A stretch of DNA of 64,000 nt, taken from the IMG/VR virus record IMGVR_UViG_3300046787_000286, positions 124,001-188,000 of that record; one strand, 5' to 3'. Position 1 is the stretch's first letter; each line of letters begins with the position of its first letter. The notes below the pieces were generated by a model that saw only the letters and a list, made by a program, of their open reading frames with translations, had not been told where the DNA came from and made no database searches. Positions 9,575 through 18,267 of the stretch are shown here, one piece after another. Both the position numbers and the translations under genes were made by a program.

Positions 9575-10561
9575 TTAACCGCGTTCTGGAAAATAGTCTA
9601 CAATACTACTTTGCCTGCGTATGTCTACTGTAATGCAGTGCATGCCGCCGTCCCAAAATCCACGACAACGGAATGGTACCCAATGCACTGTGATACCGCG
9701 TTCACTTAGTGTCTGCTCTAGTGCCCCATTATAGCCCAGCATCATTACAGTGGATTCGTTTATTACCAAACAGTTTAGTTCGAAGAATGTTTCTGTGTAA
9801 TCGCCTACCCAGTCTTGAGCATGCTTGATAACATGCTCGTTGAAACTGCGATTTAATTCAACGCCTTCTGCATAAAACTTACCATTGTATTCCCCGCCTA
9901 CAGGGGGTGTAGTTCTGTGATTCCAGTATGTGGATTCACTTAAAAAGATACATTCCCATCCTGGAAAATTACGTTCGTACCCATCATAGTAATGGTTAGC
10001 AATGATCAGTCCTGGCTTGAGAATAGCAAAGCAGCCGTCCATGTGGCCGCCATTCTTTTCCCAGGTGATTCTGTAGTCTTTAAAAAGATTTAAATTGAGC
10101 TCTGGTGCGTCAAATATATCAGTATCAATAACAATATCTTTGCCTAGTCGCACAACATTGGCGCCATTGATAACGTGATTTGCACCAGGTGCAGTTTGTT
10201 TGTTGTATAACGCTAACGTGCTACGCCACGCTGCGCCTGCGTTGTATGGCGTTAGTAATGTGTTGCCCACTGTTAGAAATGTATCTCTAGGACATATCTC
10301 AGGCTTAGTTAACACACCATTTGAGTCAACAAAATCATTTATGTTGAGGTATTCCGGACGGCGTACTGTGATACCAAATGATTCTAATTTGCTTTGTATT
10401 ACAGCCAGGTCCTGTTTTGTTATTTCAGTTATTTTATAAAATACATCACGCACAGCAGGATCTAAATGATCGTACCAGGAACTGGGGTATACATCTCCAA
10501 GCCAGACTTCTTCCAGTTGACTCCATGAATTGTGACTGTTAATCAATACAGGTCTTTCCAT
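9575..10561 (-). CDS. amidinotransferase (pentein fold; glycine/inosamine amidinotransferase-like)
   Basis: NSHNSWSQLEEVWLG, CPRD, HMDG, GGMHCITVDIRR motifs. Confidence 0.85.
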   Translation of the reverse strand: MERPVLINSHNSWSQLEEVWLGDVYPSSWYDHLDPAVRDVFYKITEITKQDLAVIQSKLESFGITVRRPEYLNINDFVDSNGVLTKPEICPRDTFLTVGNTLLTPYNAGAAWRSTLALYNKQTAPGANHVINGANVVRLGKDIVIDTDIFDAPELNLNLFKDYRITWEKNGGHMDGCFAILKPGLIIANHYYDGYERNFPGWECIFLSESTYWNHRTTPPVGGEYNGKFYAEGVELNRSFNEHVIKHAQDWVGDYTETFFELNCLVINESTVMMLGYNGALEQTLSERGITVHWVPFRCRGFWDGGMHCITVDIRRQSSIVDYFPERG

Positions 10562-11760
10562 TTATCTACTAGGTAGTTCTTTAGATCCACTGGGGTCTTT
10601 ATGTTGTTTTGGCGCATGAAGTTGTTGATCTTTGCAGCACTAGCGTAGTCTGCATTACCGGGCTTGCGGGCATTGCTTAGATCAACGCCTAACCCGTCGT
10701 CTTCATTTCTATAGCCCTGTCCGTACACTATAAGACTCTTTAGTTTGCGCTGAGCCGACGGAGTTAGTTCTGTCTTGGCTTTTTTATAGATCAATTCCAG
10801 CCAGTCTTCCAAATAGTTACGACTCGGACTAAATGATCTGCGAACCGGCTGCGCACCTTTTAGCAACTCGCCTGCTTGAGCTGGGCTAACTGCTTTTCTT
10901 TTATCCTGTAGTTTCCAAGCTGTTTCGTCTGTGTATAAGAACGCAGGAATACCTTGTTTCTTTGCTGATAGTAATACTGTGCGCACTTCTGGTGAACGAT
11001 TTTCCATTTGTTCTTTTAACAGCACATGAACTTCTCGAATGCTTTCTGCATTAGCAGGGATAGCAGGAGTTCGACTATACACACGGTCTTCTGCTTCTCT
11101 AGAACGTGTGCCATCTGAGTGCAGCCATGAACGATTCCAATAATCAATGGGCCTTGTTTTGTAGTTGTTGTTTAGCCAAGAGCCATTCAACACAAACATC
11201 GCAGCTGAACTGCCCACATAACGATTATGGTAGTCCCCTACTCGTGTTCTTGTGGTGCTTAGGAAATAAGGATAGCCAGGAATCTCATAGTCCTTTTCAG
11301 CTTGTGTTCCTGTAGAGCTTGCTAGTAGAAACTCTCCAGAAGTTAGGATACGTGCTGCTGCTGCGGTATTTGTATAGTGATACAAAATAGCCGACGCTGC
11401 TTCTGTTAATTGTTCTTCTTCCCACACACGTTCTTCACCGCGATGCTTGTCCCAGAAATTCGATCCAGCATCAGTTTGGTCAAAACTTCTGTTGATACGG
11501 TACCCGTGAGTTTTTACGAAATCATACATCACTCGAGCAACACCTTGCCCACGATACTGGTCTTTGATAAACAAATCTTGCGCTTCTAAATCATACATGT
11601 CAGTTACTTCGAAAGTAACATGGCCGATCTCTCTACGGCCAGATGGGTCATACACAGTTACAATGACTTCGTCATCGCCCTCGACTATTCTGAATCTAAG
11701 CCCACTAAACTCTTCAGTGGGTTGCTCTTTATATTCTACAATGAATTCTGCTGCTCTCAT
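10543..11760 (-). CDS. putative head-packaged protein: leader + GNAT acetyltransferase + ADP-ribosyltransferase-like domain
   Basis: Start MRAAEFIVE 5 nt after TAAATA; GNAT motif A YRGQGVA; linker EEQLTE; ART-like LYHYT...FLSTTR...EAEDRV. Confidence 0.7.
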   Translation of the reverse strand: MRAAEFIVEYKEQPTEEFSGLRFRIVEGDDEVIVTVYDPSGRREIGHVTFEVTDMYDLEAQDLFIKDQYRGQGVARVMYDFVKTHGYRINRSFDQTDAGSNFWDKHRGEERVWEEEQLTEAASAILYHYTNTAAAARILTSGEFLLASSTGTQAEKDYEIPGYPYFLSTTRTRVGDYHNRYVGSSAAMFVLNGSWLNNNYKTRPIDYWNRSWLHSDGTRSREAEDRVYSRTPAIPANAESIREVHVLLKEQMENRSPEVRTVLLSAKKQGIPAFLYTDETAWKLQDKRKAVSPAQAGELLKGAQPVRRSFSPSRNYLEDWLELIYKKAKTELTPSAQRKLKSLIVYGQGYRNEDDGLGVDLSNARKPGNADYASAAKINNFMRQNNIKTPVDLKNYLVDKWKDLY

Positions 11761-11768
11761 ATTAATAT

Positions 11769-12263
11769 TTAATTGCTTTGATAAGTTGCACCATAGCCAA
11801 CCCAAGCAGGTGCGGTGTATCCTTGGGGATATGCTTGAAGATGTTGTATAGTACGATGCCAACCTTCAATCAAGTCATACCCATTATTTAATTTAGCAAC
11901 AATAATAGGTTCTTCACTTACACCGGTTTGTTGAATCATTTTTAATTGCTGTGCGTGACGTTCTGCATCTTTTGGTACTTTATATGGATTAGCCAAACCG
12001 CCTTCGCGACTGTGAATCATTTGTTGTGTTTTGGGTGTAAAAATGTCTAGTGTGATAGGTAGCTTTTGTAAACGCCATTGTACTTGACCAAAGTCTTGTT
12101 TATTTCTTTTTAGAAAATCATCTAGTTCAGCTTGGCTTCTAATACCTTTTGCTTGTTGGTATAAAAAGTCTTTTAACACGTAATCAGGCCAGGTGGGAAA
12201 CTGTTGCTTGACATAAGCAAATAATGATCCCCTGGACTCTGTTAGGAATTCTTGTGCTCTCAT
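11769..12263 (-). CDS. putative head-packaged ParB/Srx-like domain protein
   Basis: Leader MRAQEFLTE; PIIV...YDLIEGWHR ParB-N motif. Confidence 0.7.
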   Translation of the reverse strand: MRAQEFLTESRGSLFAYVKQQFPTWPDYVLKDFLYQQAKGIRSQAELDDFLKRNKQDFGQVQWRLQKLPITLDIFTPKTQQMIHSREGGLANPYKVPKDAERHAQQLKMIQQTGVSEEPIIVAKLNNGYDLIEGWHRTIQHLQAYPQGYTAPAWVGYGATYQSN

Positions 12264-12264
12264 A

Positions 12265-12882
12265 TTACAACACCCAAGGATCGTTAATTACAGGCGTGCC
12301 ATTGGCTCGCATCATGATGTTGCCATCGTGCAAATCCCAGGCGTAGCCAGCACGGTCGCCTATAGCTTCAAGTTTCCGAGCAGTCTTTAAAAATTGTGTG
12401 ATACCCTCTACACCAAATTGCTTTATTAATTTGGCGTAGGTGTTGGGGTTTGTTTCTTGAACATGTCTAAGAGTAGTCTTTATTGAATCGTAGTCTATTA
12501 CGTCTGACACCATGCCCGATAACACAGTACCTACTGAACCTGAATCCTTTAGCGGCTCTGTGCGAATCATTAGATAGCGATGTTTTTCATCGTCGTCCCA
12601 GGGATGCCAAAAGAAACTTTCGTGTCCATAAAATCTTGGCAAGAACGGATTTGATTGATTCTTCTCGCAGAACTTGTACCATCTAAAGAACATTTTATGA
12701 TCTTGGCTGAACTGAGCTGTTTCGCCTGTGCCAAATATCTTTAAGACATGCCCTGTACCGGGTTCCATAAATGCAGTTTGGTCCACGCCTTGACCTAGGT
12801 ACTTGTAGCCTTTCTTTTTCAAGGCATTGATTACAGACTGGTCTGTTTCAGAATATTCGTCTAAAAATTCGTGAGATCTCAT
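12265..12882 (-). CDS. putative head-packaged protein-kinase-like enzyme
   Basis: Leader MRSHEFLDE; LGQG glycine loop, VLKIF, DLHDGNIM catalytic loop, INDP. Confidence 0.75.
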   Translation of the reverse strand: MRSHEFLDEYSETDQSVINALKKKGYKYLGQGVDQTAFMEPGTGHVLKIFGTGETAQFSQDHKMFFRWYKFCEKNQSNPFLPRFYGHESFFWHPWDDDEKHRYLMIRTEPLKDSGSVGTVLSGMVSDVIDYDSIKTTLRHVQETNPNTYAKLIKQFGVEGITQFLKTARKLEAIGDRAGYAWDLHDGNIMMRANGTPVINDPWVL

Positions 12883-13184
12883 TTCACACCTTCGAATATT
12901 CTTTTCTGTATCGCATACCATTCCTGCCACTGATCTACTTTTACAGCACATTCGTAATAGGTTGAATAGTTTGTAACTACTGTAGACGTTAGTCCACTTA
13001 GCTTCACGTCATTGGGGACGGTTTGTAGTTGTGGGCACTCACCTAGTCCTAGTCTAGGAGCATCAGGAAACTTTGCTGAGACAGGAACAGTTGTAGAACA
13101 ACCAGTAATAGCAAGTATTACCATGATAACTAGTGCAAAAATAATTACACTAGATACAATTTGTTGATCCTGTTGATTTTTCAT
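12879..13184 (-). CDS. lipoprotein, o-spanin (Rz1)-like
   Basis: Lipobox ITGC, Pro-rich periplasmic part with two further Cys; near i-spanin and endolysin. Confidence 0.65.
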   Translation of the reverse strand: MKNQQDQQIVSSVIIFALVIMVILAITGCSTTVPVSAKFPDAPRLGLGECPQLQTVPNDVKLSGLTSTVVTNYSTYYECAVKVDQWQEWYAIQKRIFEGVK

Positions 13185-13185
13185 A

Positions 13186-15126
13186 TTAGCAGTTCCAACG
13201 TCTACGTGCTTTACAAATTGCTTTGTCTGGAGTTTTAGCACATGAAATATTGTGCATGTTCATTTGACCTTTGGAGCGTGAGCAGTAGCTCTTTCTGCGT
13301 TTGCTTGCTTTAGAGCCCTTCTTTAGTTTAGAAGGCTTGGTAGTAACTGCTGTTTGCAGCTTTGATCCAGGATTTGCTCTGCGATATGCTTTTACAGCCT
13401 TGCGACTCATGCCGTCTGTTCTGTCACTCTTGTTGGCTTTTTGCCAGTCTTCGTTCAACTGAGAAGTCACGGCAAACACATACAGTTCATCGTGTGATAA
13501 AGATTCTAAATCTTCCCAAATCATTTCGGGATCTACGCCATTATGATCTGCAATTCGGTTAATAGAAGATTCAATTAAATCAAATTCTTCCGTTAATTCA
13601 GGATCTATACCTTGTGCTTTTTCGCTTTGTAGATAATCCCATACTGTCACAAGATAATCTTCAGCCAGGCTGATCTTTTCTTGACACCATTCAGGCAAGT
13701 TATCGCGATCGTCGATCACTTGTTGCAAGCCTTCTACAGCATTCTTTAGTGTGTGCAAGCTGCCGTGTGCCATGCCTGCTTCGTCATCGTACTCGGCATT
13801 GTAGTCTTCTGCTGCGCCTTGCTCTGTGATCCCACCGTCGCTGTCAAATCTTGGCTGAGTTCTTCCTGCCTGACCGCCTTGGGTCATATTACGCCCATTG
13901 CTTGGTATTCTTTTGGGTCCAATGGCTGGCGGCGATTTAAACGCACGGTTGCTTAGTTTAACAGTAGTACGACCTGGCACAGTGCGATCTATTGCAAGCC
14001 CAGTTTTTGGATCATGGGCAGCTCGCGCATAAAATGCAAGCTCGTCTCTAGTAAATCCGTCTTTTTCTTGGTGTGGCTCTGCTAGTGCCGCTAATTGATC
14101 TTTAATTCGTTGGCGTTCTGTGCTATTGTTAGTTGCGTGTAATTGCTTTTGCAACAGATGTCTCTGGTATATACGCTCATGCTCTTCATCATCGTCGTTT
14201 AAGCCTTCCGCCACACCTTCTTTAGTCTTTAAGCGTTTGAGAACAGCCATGTTCTCAGGCTTGCTCATGGTTTTCTTCAATGCGTCCAGCGCACGATCCT
14301 GTATGGCTTTGCTAGTCATCATACTATCTGGACCAATATGAATGTCTGGACCATTACTTGTATTGTGCTTGTCTCTTGACCCGTATGTGCTATGTCTCTT
14401 ACGATTGCTACCGTCACGTCCTGCACCGTCGCCGTCCATTTCTTTGATCTTATTGCCTTGTTGGTCAATGCCCGAGTTTGGTGGAAGATATACCTGCTTA
14501 CATGGCATGCATACTTGAACAGCATGTCCCTGGTACTTGCCACCTTGTAAGTCTCCGCCGCACTTGGGGCATGTGTGCATGTGGGAAATATCGCCGCGAT
14601 GCTTCTTTGGAAACTGTACAACTTCGCCTTCCTCTACAGATTCTTTTGGAACACAGTTATTAACTCGCACCCCACCCTTGACTTTGGTCTTGGGATTGCC
14701 AATTTTTTTGTTGTCCCAGCAAGCAGGATCCAAGCGAACTTTTTCTTCCGCTACACCTTGCTCAATGATGTCACCGCGAGCTTTAGCAACTTTAAACAAT
14801 GCAAACAAACTATCCCAGTCATGGGTGTTATTCATTTTGTCTTTGTATAGCTGTTGCTTTTCTGGTTTAATCTTAGCTAGGAACTTGTGCTTCATGCTGT
14901 GATTAGACGGAAATCCTGAGTAGTCATTGCCCAAATCTTTTACAGTGTAATCAAAGCCTTCGTCAATTGTTTTTAACTGACTGCGCAACTGATCTGCCAT
15001 TTTTAAATGATGATCACGTTTGATATCTTTGCTCTGCTTGGCAGCTTTTTCGTGAGCAGTAATTTGTGCCCATAATGCGTTTTGTTTACGCTGGTCTTTG
15101 TCTTCGTTGATTTCGTCGAATCTCAT
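13186..15126 (-). CDS. multi-module polyprotein-like putative internal head protein (646 aa)
   Basis: Start MRFDEINE; about 9 dissimilar modules separated by IDE, QGVAE, SVEE, IKE, EGVAE, QGAAE, LTE, LNE. Confidence 0.75.
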   Translation of the reverse strand: MRFDEINEDKDQRKQNALWAQITAHEKAAKQSKDIKRDHHLKMADQLRSQLKTIDEGFDYTVKDLGNDYSGFPSNHSMKHKFLAKIKPEKQQLYKDKMNNTHDWDSLFALFKVAKARGDIIEQGVAEEKVRLDPACWDNKKIGNPKTKVKGGVRVNNCVPKESVEEGEVVQFPKKHRGDISHMHTCPKCGGDLQGGKYQGHAVQVCMPCKQVYLPPNSGIDQQGNKIKEMDGDGAGRDGSNRKRHSTYGSRDKHNTSNGPDIHIGPDSMMTSKAIQDRALDALKKTMSKPENMAVLKRLKTKEGVAEGLNDDDEEHERIYQRHLLQKQLHATNNSTERQRIKDQLAALAEPHQEKDGFTRDELAFYARAAHDPKTGLAIDRTVPGRTTVKLSNRAFKSPPAIGPKRIPSNGRNMTQGGQAGRTQPRFDSDGGITEQGAAEDYNAEYDDEAGMAHGSLHTLKNAVEGLQQVIDDRDNLPEWCQEKISLAEDYLVTVWDYLQSEKAQGIDPELTEEFDLIESSINRIADHNGVDPEMIWEDLESLSHDELYVFAVTSQLNEDWQKANKSDRTDGMSRKAVKAYRRANPGSKLQTAVTTKPSKLKKGSKASKRRKSYCSRSKGQMNMHNISCAKTPDKAICKARRRWNC

Positions 15127-15584
15127 TTCAGTTCCTTGTTCTCTGCCGCAGCATTGTGTGCCTTTACTACTGCACCGGGTATAACACAACTGTTGTCATA
15201 TCGGGCAACTTCTCGATCCACATATTGTTTAATTATGACACCTTTTTCTCGGATAATCTTAATCTTTTCTTTTCCCTTAGCAGCCAGTTGTTCGTTAGCT
15301 GCTTGTGATTGTTGTTCAGCCAGTGCTACTCGAGCTTCCATTTCACGCACACGTTCACGCCAGGACATTTCTGAACTATATCCACCTTGGAAATAAACGC
15401 CCGATAAAAGAACTACTACAGATACTACCTGTGCAATCTTTATGTGCGGTGCCAGTGTGGGAATTAATCTGATCACATGCTTTAGTAAAAAGCAAGTTAA
15501 CACAGTGGCTAGTATACCTGCAATGAGAACTGCATCTACTACAAATGCTAGAAAAGAGTCAGGAAGTAGATGCAGAATAAACAT
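15123..15584 (-). CDS. i-spanin (Rz)-like inner membrane protein
   Basis: N-terminal TM helices, coiled coil, late Cys; directly downstream of endolysin. Confidence 0.65.
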   Translation of the reverse strand: MFILHLLPDSFLAFVVDAVLIAGILATVLTCFLLKHVIRLIPTLAPHIKIAQVVSVVVLLSGVYFQGGYSSEMSWRERVREMEARVALAEQQSQAANEQLAAKGKEKIKIIREKGVIIKQYVDREVARYDNSCVIPGAVVKAHNAAAENKELK

Positions 15585-15587
15585 TGA

Positions 15588-16202
15588 TTATGCTCCGAAT
15601 ACGTGTAAGGCGTGTTCGTAGTGCTTGATACGATCTTCTAAACCAATGTAGCCACCATTGATGACTTTGGTCATTGTTTTGATATCGCCTGCGTCGGCCC
15701 ACTTGTTTAGATTGTTTGTTTCCCAGAACCAGCAGCCTGATTGCACAGCGCCTTCAAATGTTCCCAGGTATTCACTTACTTCTTCCACGGCTGTTTCGAT
15801 AGAGTCAGCAAAGTTTTGATAGTTGTTTTTGCCTGTTAGCTGAATCAATCCACGTCCGCAGTAGCGATAGCCGTCACCTGACTCTTCGGGACCATTGCCC
15901 ATTCTATTGGCATACACTCTGTTAGCAATCTTTTCGCCTTTGTTGGCGTACTGTGCAGCCGTAGCATCGTCGGGGAAATACTTGGGGAATACTTTTCTTA
16001 AACTAGCTGCTTTGTAGTTTAGGTTTTCTTTCAAGAACACATAGTTGCCTGATTCGTGTGCAGTTTGTGCAATAAAAGCTGCCACACGCTGCGGTGTATC
16101 AATTTCGTATTCTGGAAGAATTTCGTTTAGGGCATGTACCCAGTAATCTAAGTAAGCGTTTTTGCCAATACAGCTTTGTAGTTGTTCTTTTGTGATGTTC
16201 AT
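15588..16202 (-). CDS. GH19 family endolysin
   Basis: AAFIAQTAHES, ENLNY, YCGRGLIQLTGKNNY, TKVINGGYIGLEDR. Confidence 0.92.
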   Translation of the reverse strand: MNITKEQLQSCIGKNAYLDYWVHALNEILPEYEIDTPQRVAAFIAQTAHESGNYVFLKENLNYKAASLRKVFPKYFPDDATAAQYANKGEKIANRVYANRMGNGPEESGDGYRYCGRGLIQLTGKNNYQNFADSIETAVEEVSEYLGTFEGAVQSGCWFWETNNLNKWADAGDIKTMTKVINGGYIGLEDRIKHYEHALHVFGA

Positions 16203-16237
16203 TGGGGCTCCTGATAATAATTGTTATCGGGTATTTA

Positions 16238-17023
16238 TTAATATTTCACCCCAATTTGGTCTAGTAGCTGCACTGGATGTAGTTGTATCCAATGCTCAAT
16301 GAGATTCGTCTGTGCTGTATTAACTGTGGGTATTAGATTTTTATCAACAAGTATGCTGCCACGACTATTAACCAGTTCTTGCAATGAAACACACTCGTCG
16401 GCAGCATTGATTAAATCAAATGTATGATTCAACACAGGAGTTTTTTGATATATTGTTGTATCATTGGCAACAATATAATCCTGCCAGGAATTACACCCAA
16501 CAAAGGATTGTGTGTATGGGTCCAGCAGTAGTTCTTGTTGTATACCCTGTGGTAGTGTGTTGATATGTCTAGGACTGCTACACCGTGGCCAATCTGGCGC
16601 TTTAACAGCGGTGTAGTGACTGTTCCACAGTGCCAAAAAGTGTCTATTGAGCCCAAATTGTGTACGGTTGTAATACCAGTGAGCATTTTTATATTGAGCT
16701 AGTGTGAGCTGACTGTTGACATCACTGTACAGCATGATCTTTTTAGCAGATCTCTGTGTGAATTCTTCCAAGTTGGGGTCGCAATAAAAGTAAATCTTAT
16801 TTGCAGAATTATCACACCCGCTGGTTTTATTATTATCGGGCCAGTATTCAGTGTGCTTCCACTCAGTGTGATTTTTGATATTCCATTGATTGGCTATTGC
16901 AGTTGGGATATCAACAGGCTTGACAAATTCTGCATGATACTGTTGGGTCAACAGCAGCAAATGAAATAATAAAAATCCACCACATGCTGGGGAATACCCC
17001 AAGGTGATGTCATTTTGTATCAT
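16238..17023 (-). CDS. hypothetical protein, possibly a degenerate sulfotransferase-like fold
   Basis: ORF at end of modification operon; YSPACGGFLL loop, YTAVKAPDWP motif. Confidence 0.55.
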   Translation of the reverse strand: MIQNDITLGYSPACGGFLLFHLLLLTQQYHAEFVKPVDIPTAIANQWNIKNHTEWKHTEYWPDNNKTSGCDNSANKIYFYCDPNLEEFTQRSAKKIMLYSDVNSQLTLAQYKNAHWYYNRTQFGLNRHFLALWNSHYTAVKAPDWPRCSSPRHINTLPQGIQQELLLDPYTQSFVGCNSWQDYIVANDTTIYQKTPVLNHTFDLINAADECVSLQELVNSRGSILVDKNLIPTVNTAQTNLIEHWIQLHPVQLLDQIGVKY

Positions 17024-17222
17024 TTCTTCCCCACTGTATATAATTCCACACACGCTCGTGGCCAAAGTAAAGAACTGTGTTAAACGTCAATTGAATTAGT
17101 GCAATAGTGCTGCTTATTGCAAAATCTCCTAGTATAGCATAGCTAATAGCAAATGTAGCCCCAGATCCGCACACACGCCAGCTTACTGTTTTGGCTATGC
17201 TTCTAGCAGTGGTTTCACTCAT
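17010..17222 (-). CDS. DUF2061-like small membrane protein
   Basis: RSIAKTVSWR...YFGHERVWNYIQWG. Confidence 0.8.
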   Translation of the reverse strand: MSETTARSIAKTVSWRVCGSGATFAISYAILGDFAISSTIALIQLTFNTVLYFGHERVWNYIQWGRNDTK

Positions 17223-17650
17223 TTGGAATCCAGGATAGTTTGTGCCACTAGCTCGCACCAGTAAGGCGCTTGTTGTGTTGTGATTCTAAAGTCCCAGTGG
17301 TCCGGCTGAACAAACATAGCATTGGTATCTTCGTAACGCCCGGCCGGGATAGTATCTACCCACACAGTCCAGTCTGCATGAAAGTTTGTGCGCATTTCGG
17401 GCAGTGGACAAACAAAGTCGCAGATAACATAGTCCATATCAGTCATTGCATCTGCTAGTTCACGCATTCTGTGTGACTGTCGTATGCGCCCTTCGTAACT
17501 GAAATCCCAGTCATTGTACTTTTCCCGCACAATATCAGCATTGAGCCAGCCTATCTTTTGATTGGCGTTTTGCAGTCGCTCTAGAACATACTGTGCCAGG
17601 TATGTTTTTCCAGCGCCTGGCAGTCCCATTACTAATATTCGTTGTGTCAT
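17219..17650 (-). CDS. adenylylsulfate (APS) kinase-like P-loop kinase
   Basis: GLPGAGKT, WLNADIVR, DFSYEGRIRQ, CDFVCP resemble CysC. Confidence 0.8.
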   Translation of the reverse strand: MTQRILVMGLPGAGKTYLAQYVLERLQNANQKIGWLNADIVREKYNDWDFSYEGRIRQSHRMRELADAMTDMDYVICDFVCPLPEMRTNFHADWTVWVDTIPAGRYEDTNAMFVQPDHWDFRITTQQAPYWCELVAQTILDSK

Positions 17651-18267
17651 TTCTTTTTCCGACTTGCGTGTTTAGTCACAGCATCTAATGGTTGTTCTGC
17701 CACTGAGTGAAAATACTTGGCGTTGGTATCTTCTTTTAGTATTTCATCAATTAAAGGATTGTTATAATCGATGGGGAATTCTAAATCTTTTTCCACTCTT
17801 TGTAGATACTGGCGCCCATATAAATGCAACAGTTCGTAACTTAAAAAGGTAGGCATTGCAAACTCTGAATATGCTGCTGTTGCTTGATCTAACGTAACAC
17901 CGCCGCGCACACGAGTTTCTTGATAATTGAGAATATTACGATCACGCCCTAGCACTGCGAATTTAACTCTGTGTCCTAGGTTCTGCACACCTGTTACAAA
18001 TGCTTTGAAATCAGGCACTGTAGGCGTGCCGTTATTCATGTAAGGCACACTCATTGAGGTAACGTGCCAGTCACTTACGCCCCACGGAGCAGACTTTAGA
18101 TCAGCAGGGTTTTGCCAGTAGTGTGCCCAAGGCTCTTCATCGTGGCCGATCCAGTAGTCAGAGTTTAAAGCACGCCAACCTAGAACTTGACGATGCAAAG
18201 CAAATATCTTGCTCCATAAATGATTTCCGGAACCTTGGGGACCTGTGAGAATTAATAGTGTTTTCAT
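17647..18267 (-). CDS. sulfotransferase-fold protein
   Basis: ILTGPQGSGNHLWS loop, AVLGRD, FLSYELL. Confidence 0.6.
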   Translation of the reverse strand: MKTLLILTGPQGSGNHLWSKIFALHRQVLGWRALNSDYWIGHDEEPWAHYWQNPADLKSAPWGVSDWHVTSMSVPYMNNGTPTVPDFKAFVTGVQNLGHRVKFAVLGRDRNILNYQETRVRGGVTLDQATAAYSEFAMPTFLSYELLHLYGRQYLQRVEKDLEFPIDYNNPLIDEILKEDTNAKYFHSVAEQPLDAVTKHASRKKK

